Under the pieces are notes generated by a model. That model saw only the letters and a program-made list of their open reading frames with translations. It was not told the origin of the DNA and searched no databases. Made by a program: the position numbers and the translations under genes. DNA of 64,000 nucleotides from Plasmodiophora brassicae (lineage: Eukaryota): the NCBI GenBank assembly GCA_036867785.1, contig CP145410.1, forward strand, positions 310,001-374,000, in the 5' to 3' direction. Position 1 is the first letter of the stretch. The number at the start of each line of letters is the position of its first letter. This document shows positions 12,606 through 21,661 of the stretch, in pieces.

Positions 12606-12820
12606 CAACCACCGGAAGGTATATTTGGATCACAGGGACACAATTTATGGATCACGGGGACACAAACATTGGATCACGGGGACATAATTTTTGGATCATG
12701 GGGACACAATTTTTGCATCACGCGGACCAAATTGGCGGATCGGGCGGACAAGTTAAAATGGATCACCGGGACGGATTTCGTGGATCGTTGGGCCAAATCA
12801 AATGGATCAGGCGACCGCAT
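12606..12820 (+). repeat. Left TIR containing about 9 tandem ~22-bp subrepeats (TGGATCACGGGGACACAATTTT-like)
   Basis: GGATCAC(A/G)GGGACAC units recur every ~22 nt and become more degenerate inward. Confidence 0.9.
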
Positions 12821-12996
12821 GTGGCGAGGCGAATGCATCAACGTTGAGCGTCGCAAGTCGTCAGAGTCGGCATGCAAATAGTGGTAAGCGTAATGTACTT
12901 GACGGGCAGCATCACATTGGCAATGTGATTCAGTGATTCACAGCAGAAGGAGACGAACCGTCTCATCTCATTCGGCGTCGGCGGGGGCGACCAGCG

Positions 12997-13864
12997 ATGT
13001 ACCCTGAACGGATCCCGAGGTTGGATCCCACGATCGCCGCAGACGCGAGAATCGGTCAGGTCGAATTCACGTCGGCGGCTACAGAAGCACGACGCGCTGC
13101 CGACAAACGGCGCTTAGACGACCAGTGCCGGGTCGTGCGTGAGAAGTCTCGGCAGCGTGCAACGCAGCAATTGCTCCCACTACAATGCGCTGTTGATCAC
13201 GTTCGCGCCGTTGCTGACAGAAAGATAAGTCGCTACCATGAGTTGGCGCCTGATCGTCAACAGTAGTTCGAGAACGAGGTCGCCCAGTGGAGTAACCGAC
13301 TACTAGCCAGTGACCAGGGAAGTGGGGTGCTCTCAGTCCACCGTATCGCGGCACTTGAACGAGGTCTCGAATGCTCACGACGGTATTCCGTGAGGAGCGC
13401 GCCGTAAGCTATCCGATGTCCAGCTTGACGCAGCAGCCCGATTTATGTTTGTCTGTCCTGGGTCGACTCTTGCACTTGCGAAGAAGTTCCTGAAGCTATC
13501 CTACGATGTCGACGTTTCTGAAAAAACATTGAGCGGGCACTTGGGCGACCGAGTTGGGTTCCGACTTGGCGATTTTAAGTCGTTCCACATCAGGCGTAAT
13601 GCGCAAGAGACCATCGATAAGCGGCTGGATGTCGATGATCTCCTGAACAGTTATCTACCACATTTCTACGAGGAGTACACACCGGACCACTGCCAGCACC
13701 TTCGCGACGTTTTCGGTTGCTCCCGTTTAACCAAGGATTTCATTGAGAACTGGTACGGCGCTCAAACGCAGACGAGTTCATCGGGACCCGGCGACGACAA
13801 TGACAACGCTCCTCAAGGACCACCTGGAGAACCTGCCACTGACTACCACCCACCTCTCGCCTAG
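12997..13864 (+). pseudogene. Degenerate IS630-like transposase; HTH region retained, DDE domain apparently deleted
   Basis: REVGCSQSTVSRHLN...*GARRKLSDVQL...STLALAKKFLKLSYDVDVSEKTLSGHL..VGF...RNAQETIDKR joins directly to a C-terminal-like tail. In-frame stops at 13264, 13304 and 13391, plus a frameshift. Confidence 0.7.
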
Positions 13865-13889
13865 ACACCTATCCTGTTGAGGGACACAA

Positions 13890-14059
13890 TAAATGCATCA
13901 TGATCCATTCACGTTGTCTGTCTGATCCATCATTTTGTTCCACGTGATGCAAAAATAATGTCCCCATGATCCAAAAATTGTGTCCCCGTGATCCAATGTT
14001 TGTGTCCCCGTGATCCATAAATTGTGTCCCTGTGATCCAAAAATACCTTCCGGTGGTTG
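13890..14059 (-). repeat. Right TIR containing about 7 inverted copies of the same ~22-bp subrepeat
   Basis: TGTGTCCCCGTGATCCA units, the reverse complement of the left array. Confidence 0.9.
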
Positions 14060-14227
14060 TATTTAAAATACATTTTAAAATACCTCCCGAATTTTGGGTC
14101 ATTTTTTATATTTTAAATTGCCCAGCATGCAGAGCAGGCCCTAGCTGCCAGGCGACCATCACAGGGCATCACGGGGTCGTAGACTCGTGGTACGTGGGTC
14201 CATGGTCCGTTCCAAGTTCGCGAGGCA

Positions 14228-14403
14228 TGTGCCGGCTCCAAGCTATAAGACAAGAATAGCTGTGATCCGGCTAGGCCGCCCTAAGAATGACGGACATGCA
14301 CGGAGTGCGCACGGAGTCCGCACGGCGTCCGTGGGAGCTGCAGGTCGGGGACACAGACGATTATACTACACGGCTGATATACCATCACCGTTGGGACGTC
14401 ACA
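14228..14403 (+). repeat. 5' LTR
   Basis: TGTGCCGG...GACGTCACA; identical by eye to 19317-19492. Contains TATAAG and a 3x GCACGG(A/C)GT repeat. Confidence 0.97.
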
Positions 14404-14450
14404 GAGATCTCTTGAACATCCTTTCGGGGAAGGTTTCAAAGAAGGACGCG

Positions 14451-17400
14451 ATGGTGGCCACCGCGCAGGAGATGCTGCTGGAAGATGACGTCGATGATCG
14501 ACAACAAGGACAGAGCGTGCAAGGCTCAACGATCGTCCTGCAGATGAACAAGGCGCCGACCTTGAAAAGCATGGACCGCAAGGCCGTCACGACGTTCATG
14601 GCCGAGCTGAAGACGTATCGGAATCACTTCCGGGACGATCCGAACGCCAAGGGCCAGATCCCGCGGTCAGTGAGGAGTATGATCGACCCCGGTCTGCTCA
14701 GGGCGATCTGCAAGTGGGAACTCGGCAAGGACGCCGAGGGGGTGACGGAGAGCGACCTGATGGACTGGATGAAGAGGCATCTGGAGCAGGATCGCTCGAC
14801 GGACGCGAACATCGACCGGGAGATGCGGAAGCTGGCGATGAAGCTGACCATCACCACACCAGCGGCAAGGGTCGTGAACCTCGTGCAGCAGTACGAGGAA
14901 TTGGTCGCGCGCAACGGGTGGCAGGACCTCTTCACGTCCCGCGAGGGACGGAAGAACCTGGTCAAGTACCTACTGGGTGCTGTGCGCCCATCCGGTTTAC
15001 AAGCGCTCATGCGGACCCTCGTCATGAAGCGCCAGACCGATCTCCAGAAGGACCCTTTGGAATTCTATCGGGTGCTGAAGGAACGGGCTGCATCGTATGA
15101 GGAGACGATGTTGTACATGGAGCCGGGACGTGAGGATGGCAAGGGGAAGGGAAAGGTCAAACCCACCCCGAAGAAGCGAGGGGCGCAGACGGATGAAGGA
15201 GGCGGTGGAGGCCGGGACACGAAACGACACCGGAAGGACCTGCGATGTTTCAACTGTGACGAGGTTGGACATCCAGCGTTTCGTTGCCCGAAGAAGCCTA
15301 CCAAGAAGCAGGTCGCAGACCTGCTGAAGGATCGCCGCAAGGGGCCAACGGGAAGGGATGGACCCCGTAAGGCCAAATCTGATAAAGATGACGACTTGTC
15401 AGAGTACCCATGGCTTCCAGTGGTAGGAAGAGTGTCGGAGGGGGCGCAGAGGACAGGGGACCAAGTAGTCGTTCGTGTAAACGGACATGAGGAAGACTAC
15501 GTTGGGGTTCTGGACAGTGGAGCGACATCGGTTGACGTTCTGATGCCATTGACCATAGCGCGCGAGCTAATGGAGCGGGACCCATTGTTAACAATGGAGA
15601 ACCTCCAGAAGCCGGAAACGTTCTGTCTGGTAGACAGAGAAACGAAGCACACAGCCTACCATGTGATGATACTGGATCTGGGACTGACGACGACGGCAGG
15701 CGAACTGATCACTCGCCGGCGCCGATGCCTTGTATGGGACATTCCTGAAAAGGAAATAATCCTAGGGGAGAGGCTGTTGGACGACTTGGGTATCCACCCA
15801 AAGAAGGCCCTGGACGTACTCATTAAGAGCACGCCGAAGAAGGGGAATGACGTCATGGATGAAGTGCACAATATGGCAAACGAGATGCCACCTCTCTGGG
15901 AAGGGGAGGAAGAGGAAACAGAGGATGTGAGGATCGGAACCGATTCCACAGACTCCCTGGAAAGGGAGATGGACGGGATGGCCGAGCGCGCATTGAGGAA
16001 TGGCCTACCGCAAGCGATGGGGAAATCGCTTCGGAAACTCGTCAGAAGATATAGGGACGTTTGGCGTATGAGCATTGGACCTGATGGTCCAGCCAGGGTT
16101 ACACCATTTGTCACGGAGCTGAAACCGGATGCGGAACCTTACAGGTGCCGAGCCAGAAAGTACAGTATGGAGGACAGTGCTTTCATGGAGGAATTCGTCG
16201 CCCAATTGAAGAAGTATGGCCTAGTCGTTGAAAACTACAACGCGAAGTGGGCTTCACCGGTGGTGGTGGTGACGAAGCCAGGGGGCGGAAAGCGGTTCTG
16301 TGTTGATCTCAGAGCTGTTAATGCCAAATGTGTCGCCGTGGCGTGGCCTATGCCACATCAGGAGGCGATACTCAGGAACCTGGCAGGCTCGAGGTTCTGG
16401 TTTAAGCTAGATGCGTTCAAAGGCTTCTGGATGATGCCGCTGGATGAAGCGTGTCAGGAGATCTTCTCCTTCATGACAGATAAGGGGGTGTATAAGCCAA
16501 CGAGGTCGATGCAGGGGGGAATGAACTCCGCCCCTCAGTATCAAGGGAGGATGTTTGAGGTGTTCGGGGAACTTATGTTCCACAAACTAATCATATGGAT
16601 CGATGATCTAATGGGGCATGCCCAAAGGGAGGATGATTGGTTCCGAACGTTGGAACGGACTCTGATGCTAGCCGAACGGCACAGCATCAAGTTCAACGTG
16701 GAGAAGTGTGAGCTCTTCACAACAGAGGTTCGGTTCTGTGGAAGGATATTCACGCCAGAAGGGGTAAGGCACGATCCTGCTAGGATTGAGGCTTTAATGG
16801 CGATACCACAGCCGAGAACGGCAAGGGCCTTGCAACAATTCCTTATGGCAACTCAGTGGATGAGTAGGTCCATCCCTGAGTACAACAGGAAGGTACACCT
16901 GTTACAGAGGATATACGAGGATGCAATGAAGGACCAACCTGGCAGGACGAAAGCCATTGCCAGGAGGGTGCGATTGTGCAAATATGGATGGTCACCCGAA
17001 CATGCGCTGGCATTCGAGAAACTGAAGATGGCAGTGGCGGACACGGTCCAACTAGCGTACCCGCGAAAGGACCGGATCCAATGCCTATTCTCAGATGCAA
17101 ATGAGGTTAACAGCGCGGCGGTAGTCACACAGATTCCGCCTGAGGACTTGGGTAAACCAGTGCATGGGCAGCGACATGAACCGCTGGGTTTCGTCGGACA
17201 CAAGTTCGCGGGCCCAGAGCGGAACTGGTCCACGGTGGAGAAGGAAGGGTTCGCGATCAAGGATGGGATTGACAAACTGGACTATCTCGTTACAACCAAC
17301 GAGCAGTTTCGTTTGTTTACCGATCATAGGAATCTCGTGAGGATATTCTCACCAACGGACGTGTCAAAGCCAACGGCGCAGAAACTGCAACGATGGGCAC

Positions 17401-19118
17401 TGGACATACAGAGGGTCAACTACGTCATTGAACACATTGCGGGGGAGGACAATGTGTGGTCGGATCTTATGACGCGGTGGGGTGCACCGGACGGTGGGCC
17501 TGATGACCAGCACCTAGAGGTACGCACGATCAGGAGGATAACGCTTCAAATTGAGGACGGATATCGGGTACGGCCGTTACAAAGGAAGGAATTCCAATGG
17601 CCGACCGTGGACGAAATCCGTAAGGCTCAGAGGAAATGGCTCAGAGGAACGAAACGACCGAAGAATGGTGATGATCTCTTCGTCACAGGGAAGGGACAGG
17701 TGATCATACCAGACGAATGCAACGAGCTGAAGCTGCAGCTATGCGCTATTGCTCATGCGGGCGGAAACAGTGGGCATCTAGGACTGAAGGCCTCGTTGAG
17801 GAAGTTGGGGGAGTTCTGCCATTGGGCACACTGCGATGAGGACATGAGGACGTTCTGCAACGCGTGTTTGAACTGTCTACCGACAAGGGGCGGGGTTAGG
17901 ATTCCCAGGCCATTGGGAACAGCTGTTCATGGTGTTAGGCCGAATCAGGTGATTCACTTGGATTGGCTATACATGATGGCGGCTCAGAAGGGCGGAAGAC
18001 ATGATCTGCAATGGAACCTGATAATCAGGGATGATCTGTCTGGCATGGTCAAGATTACTCCTGACCATACACCCAATGCGGAAACCACTGTAGAGGCACT
18101 GCTCGAATGGAGGGCTATCTTCGGAACGTTTGAGTTGATGGTGTCAGACATGGCGTCTTGCTTTCTGGCAAACGTTGTGAAGGAACTGGCGCGTCGATGT
18201 GGATTTGCTCATCACCCGACTGTTGCCTATGGGCATTACAGTAATGGATCAATTGAGGTGATCAACAGGAACTACTTGCAACTAGTCAGAGCACTTCTGT
18301 CTGAATTGCAGTGGGACAAATACGATTGGCCATGGTTGAACCACAACATTGAACACACGATCAATCACAGGTCGCAGGCGCGTACCAACGGGAATGCGCC
18401 AGTGACAGTGATGATGGGACGTCAACCAGACAACCCGCTGAAGCAAGTGTTCAAGAGGCCAGGGGATGAGAAGTATGGGGAAGCTACACTCTCAAAGGAG
18501 CATATTCAGGAGCTAGTCATGCAATTGCAGACGTCGCTGAATGAAATGCACAAGGGAGCAGTGCAGCAATCGAAGAAAATCCGAGCCGTACACAGGAAGA
18601 GGAGCGACGCGTACCGACGAGCAACTGCACCGAACTTTCAGATCGGTGACTATGTACTCATCGGATTGCCTGAACCGGGTAAGGTTCCGGGCAAGAAGCT
18701 CTTTATGAAGTGGCGGGGCCTATATCAAATAACTGATAGCCACGAGAACTACACCTACGAGGTGAGGAATATGTTCAATGAGACGGACACTCGAACCGTT
18801 CACGGGGACCGCGTTCGCCTCTATGAACATGGCAAAGTGAATGCCACTGAGGAACTGAAGCGACAGATGGATTATGACAATGAGCGTTTCGCCATTGAAG
18901 TCTTCAAGGACTGCAGGCACAGTCCGGAGACAGGGGAATTGGAATTGTTGATCGGATGGAAGGGTTTCTCTGAAGCGGAGGATTCATGGGAGCCAATCTG
19001 CAGGTTGGCGATGGATGTACCGAAGCTGGTGAAGGCACATGCCGCCAGGATGAGGAAGGAGAAACATCACCTTGCTGATGAGGTTAAGGAGTTACTTAAG
19101 GCGGAAGGAGTCCAGTAG
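14451..19118 (+). CDS. Gag-Pol polyprotein (Zn knuckle, protease, RT, RNase H, integrase, chromodomain)
   Basis: CFNCDEVGHPAFRC; LDSGA; RT with KLDAFKGFW and WIDD; RNase H with FSDAN, EKEGFAI and TDHRNL; integrase H-H-C-C zinc finger plus D..D-35-E; chromodomain LLIGWKGFSEAEDSWEP. First ATG after the LTR is at 14451. Confidence 0.97.
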   Translation: MVATAQEMLLEDDVDDRQQGQSVQGSTIVLQMNKAPTLKSMDRKAVTTFMAELKTYRNHFRDDPNAKGQIPRSVRSMIDPGLLRAICKWELGKDAEGVTESDLMDWMKRHLEQDRSTDANIDREMRKLAMKLTITTPAARVVNLVQQYEELVARNGWQDLFTSREGRKNLVKYLLGAVRPSGLQALMRTLVMKRQTDLQKDPLEFYRVLKERAASYEETMLYMEPGREDGKGKGKVKPTPKKRGAQTDEGGGGGRDTKRHRKDLRCFNCDEVGHPAFRCPKKPTKKQVADLLKDRRKGPTGRDGPRKAKSDKDDDLSEYPWLPVVGRVSEGAQRTGDQVVVRVNGHEEDYVGVLDSGATSVDVLMPLTIARELMERDPLLTMENLQKPETFCLVDRETKHTAYHVMILDLGLTTTAGELITRRRRCLVWDIPEKEIILGERLLDDLGIHPKKALDVLIKSTPKKGNDVMDEVHNMANEMPPLWEGEEEETEDVRIGTDSTDSLEREMDGMAERALRNGLPQAMGKSLRKLVRRYRDVWRMSIGPDGPARVTPFVTELKPDAEPYRCRARKYSMEDSAFMEEFVAQLKKYGLVVENYNAKWASPVVVVTKPGGGKRFCVDLRAVNAKCVAVAWPMPHQEAILRNLAGSRFWFKLDAFKGFWMMPLDEACQEIFSFMTDKGVYKPTRSMQGGMNSAPQYQGRMFEVFGELMFHKLIIWIDDLMGHAQREDDWFRTLERTLMLAERHSIKFNVEKCELFTTEVRFCGRIFTPEGVRHDPARIEALMAIPQPRTARALQQFLMATQWMSRSIPEYNRKVHLLQRIYEDAMKDQPGRTKAIARRVRLCKYGWSPEHALAFEKLKMAVADTVQLAYPRKDRIQCLFSDANEVNSAAVVTQIPPEDLGKPVHGQRHEPLGFVGHKFAGPERNWSTVEKEGFAIKDGIDKLDYLVTTNEQFRLFTDHRNLVRIFSPTDVSKPTAQKLQRWALDIQRVNYVIEHIAGEDNVWSDLMTRWGAPDGGPDDQHLEVRTIRRITLQIEDGYRVRPLQRKEFQWPTVDEIRKAQRKWLRGTKRPKNGDDLFVTGKGQVIIPDECNELKLQLCAIAHAGGNSGHLGLKASLRKLGEFCHWAHCDEDMRTFCNACLNCLPTRGGVRIPRPLGTAVHGVRPNQVIHLDWLYMMAAQKGGRHDLQWNLIIRDDLSGMVKITPDHTPNAETTVEALLEWRAIFGTFELMVSDMASCFLANVVKELARRCGFAHHPTVAYGHYSNGSIEVINRNYLQLVRALLSELQWDKYDWPWLNHNIEHTINHRSQARTNGNAPVTVMMGRQPDNPLKQVFKRPGDEKYGEATLSKEHIQELVMQLQTSLNEMHKGAVQQSKKIRAVHRKRSDAYRRATAPNFQIGDYVLIGLPEPGKVPGKKLFMKWRGLYQITDSHENYTYEVRNMFNETDTRTVHGDRVRLYEHGKVNATEELKRQMDYDNERFAIEVFKDCRHSPETGELELLIGWKGFSEAEDSWEPICRLAMDVPKLVKAHAARMRKEKHHLADEVKELLKAEGVQ

Positions 19119-19304
19119 GCTAGTCATGCTTTTTTCCCGGATGCGCGCTGGGTTATTTTAATGCCGACGGCCATGTGACGACAGAAGCCAAAACTGTGTT
19201 CTACGAAGATTGAGACTTAATTATGTTAATTAGACTATATTAAGGAGAAGACATGATTAGGATACACCACCACTGAAGACACCTGCAAGGAGGAGCATTT
19301 CGTT

Positions 19305-19316
19305 GAAGGAGGGGAA
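19305..19316 (+). other. Polypurine tract (plus-strand primer)
   Basis: GAAGGAGGGGAA immediately 5' of the 3' LTR. Confidence 0.9.
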
Positions 19317-19492
19317 TGTGCCGGCTCCAAGCTATAAGACAAGAATAGCTGTGATCCGGCTAGGCCGCCCTAAGAATGACGGACATGCACGGAGTGCGCA
19401 CGGAGTCCGCACGGCGTCCGTGGGAGCTGCAGGTCGGGGACACAGACGATTATACTACACGGCTGATATACCATCACCGTTGGGACGTCACA
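19317..19492 (+). repeat. 3' LTR
   Basis: Direct repeat of 14228-14403. Confidence 0.97.
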
Positions 19493-19589
19493 GGCATGCA
19501 GTTTGCGTGCTTACGCTTGTCAGTGCCGAGTGTCGACCGACGCCGGAGCCCGGAGACGACGTAGTCCCGACGCCGATGGGTCGTACTTA

Positions 19590-19840
19590 AGCGTGAGTGC
19601 CCCCGAGATAGCATTCATGAGCAGTTCAAACGGATTCCGAAACCTGCCGGTTGCGCTTTGGATCAAGCAGCGTGCAATCAGTGCTCCGACCGTGTTCCAT
19701 ACTCCAAGCAAACTATGGATCGTCATGCGAGTACAGGCCGGACTGACGAGCGCAACTTACCCATCGAGCATTCTTGGTCAGTACAGTACCTGGGCAACTT
19801 CGACTTCGAGGAAGTTGTCGAATTAGAGGAATGGTTATAA
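19590..19840 (+). pseudogene. hAT transposase remnant (BED zinc-finger-like N-terminus fused to a short tail)
   Basis: PRDSIHEQFKR...QAACNQCSDRVPYSKQTMDRH matches the BED pattern (aromatic..F, A.C..C, M.RH) and lies inside the hAT termini. Confidence 0.6.
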
Positions 19841-20662
19841 CCGGCCGCAACGAACGTGACTGGAATATACGTACTGCTATCGGCGTCGCTATGTGCCGCT
19901 GTGCTGTGGTAATGGTATTTCTGAATAAAAAATATTCGAGTATATTTTAAAATGCATTTTAAAATATTTAAAATATTCGAAATTCCCAAAATATTTTAAA
20001 ATACAACACTAGTTACGTCGCTTACGTTACAGGCCAGCACTGTACTCGTCAGCCCACGTGCCGCTGCTCCTGCAACGATGGTTTCGTTTGCTAGCTTGCT
20101 GACAGGTTCGGGAACCGCACTGGCAGGCCAAGATACACGCGGGATCCCTGTACCAATAACGACCAGGAAACCATGTTGGTCGATAAAGCACCTGACCAGG
20201 TATCGGAGTCATTGCCGAAGTTGTACAGAAACGAGGTATGCTCACCTATGGCGATGGGCTGGACGGTCACCTGTGGATCTCGGTGCTGAGAGGACAAACA
20301 GGAACGATTCGCGTGGCGAGCGTTCGACGTTGGGAGCAGCCATTGCCACTTCGAGCGGCCGTTGTCGTCGAGTGAAGGAAGTTGAGGACATAGCAGAGGT
20401 TGTCGACAGACTGGTCGTCGACGATGGGCTTGCACATTTCTCCAGCACTGTTCCTTGCGATACAGTTGACATTAATCGGGGCGCACTTGAATCGGAGCGC
20501 AGCAGACATTGCATGGGAAACGTCTGGAACCGAAGGTCACTGCCATGGTCTTCTCGCTGCTCGGCACGAACGTTGCCAACTAGCAATCTCGGACGCCGCG
20601 TGACGTCGTGGCCGTCCGTGAATATGCCCTCCAACTGCTTCGAAGGGGGCTACGTCTATTGT

Positions 20663-21394
20663 TTATAGGTTGTTAGCTCGCCGAAGGTTCTCAAGGTTTT
20701 GATTGGCCTGGCGACCTCTGGCACAGAGTTCCCGTGTCTCTTCGTTGATGGCGTCGAGCATGGCCTGCAGTCGTTTCATCGTAGACGTGCTAGATAGCAT
20801 TGTATCGCCGCCCTGTTTTAAAATGGTATCGATTCGTTTCCTGGCGACGGCGATGTCTTCGCGCCTGAGTTCAATCCGCCGGGCCAGCCGGCGGCGACAG
20901 CGAACTGTTTCTTTGTGTTGCTCAAGAGCGTCGATCTCTTGCTTGCTGGGGACCCCAAACGAGGCATTGTCGACCGGTGATGGCGCTTCGCTGCTAGCCA
21001 ACGGTTCGTCAAGGTCAATCTCGAGCGCAGACTTCACTGCCTCACTGACGATGCCGTTCTTGCTGGCCAGGTCCCCCAATGTTCGCTTCGCTATTCGTAT
21101 TGACAGCTGGAGGTCCCTCGTGATCGCTTCGAGACGAGCCGAGTCCCGCTGTACGTCTTGCAGGTTGCGACGCGCCGTTCGCACATCGTTATGCAGATCT
21201 TCGACGTCGCGAACAATATGGTCCTGCGAGCCAGCTGTTGACGTTGCCGTTGGTACGATGGCTTGGGGAAGACCAAGAGACTGGAGCACATCGGTTGGCG
21301 GCAGCGTCCCGACTGGCGCGACGACATCGATATGGACCATAGGTGTTCTGGCAGGCGCATTGCTGACGTCGTCGGAAAGAGTCGTCGACGACAT
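20663..21394 (-). CDS. Hypothetical coiled-coil protein, 243 aa
   Basis: Single long ORF with heptad-like Leu/Glu/Arg-rich segments. Confidence 0.65.
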   Translation of the reverse strand: MSSTTLSDDVSNAPARTPMVHIDVVAPVGTLPPTDVLQSLGLPQAIVPTATSTAGSQDHIVRDVEDLHNDVRTARRNLQDVQRDSARLEAITRDLQLSIRIAKRTLGDLASKNGIVSEAVKSALEIDLDEPLASSEAPSPVDNASFGVPSKQEIDALEQHKETVRCRRRLARRIELRREDIAVARKRIDTILKQGGDTMLSSTSTMKRLQAMLDAINEETRELCARGRQANQNLENLRRANNL

Positions 21395-21661
21395 ATCTAG
21401 GTGCCGTAGAGAGCACGCTGATGGAATACATCCAGTCCCAGGACCTGGACGACACTAGGACATGCGCGCCAACCGCTGCTGCTGCTTCTGCAGACACCGA
21501 CACTCGAGGGCTAAACTCAACTCGCGATTCACGAATGGCAACAGACGTAGTGCAGAAGGTCTAGTGTGAGGCCGTGTATACCCTGAGGACACTGATATGA
21601 GGGCGGTTCGAGCACGCTGCCTTATTTGTAGTCGCTGGTGTCCCATACAGCATCGAGAGCC

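Larger units (their letters stand above)
12606..14059 (+). mobile_element. Internally deleted IS630/Tc1-mariner-like DNA transposon, 1454 bp
   Basis: TA flanks both ends (12604-12605 and 14060-14061). Long TIRs start CAACCACCGGAAGGTAT and end ATACCTTCCGGTGGTTG. Degenerate HTH-containing transposase inside. Confidence 0.88.
14228..19492 (+). mobile_element. Full-length Ty3/gypsy chromodomain-containing LTR retrotransposon, 5265 bp
   Basis: Two identical 176-bp TG...CA LTRs, 4-bp TSD GGCA (14224-14227 and 19493-19496), a PPT before the 3' LTR, and an intact single gag-pol ORF. Confidence 0.97.
12566..20011. mobile_element. Non-autonomous hAT-type DNA transposon (about 720 bp of own sequence) carrying two nested insertions
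   Basis: Exact 8-bp TSD GTTACGTC at 12558-12565 and 20012-20019. Termini TAGTGATG...CAACACTA (7/8 inverted match). AT-rich palindromic subterminal repeats (GTATTTGAAATAC, TATTTTAAAATA) at both ends. BED-finger remnant at about 19590-19740. Confidence 0.85.

Noticed and set aside
12620-12820. Regularly spaced GGATCAC repeats resembling a CRISPR array or iterons
   Set aside because: No unique spacers and no cas genes. The array is mirrored in inverted orientation at 13890-14040, so it is part of transposon TIRs.
14187-14450. Apparent N-terminal extension of gag-pol through the 5' LTR
   Set aside because: It starts outside the element at a GTG. The LTR is simply stop-free in that frame, and the plausible start is ATG 14451.
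20040-20668. ORFs on both strands right of the hAT end
   Set aside because: No clear codon bias, motifs or splice model.
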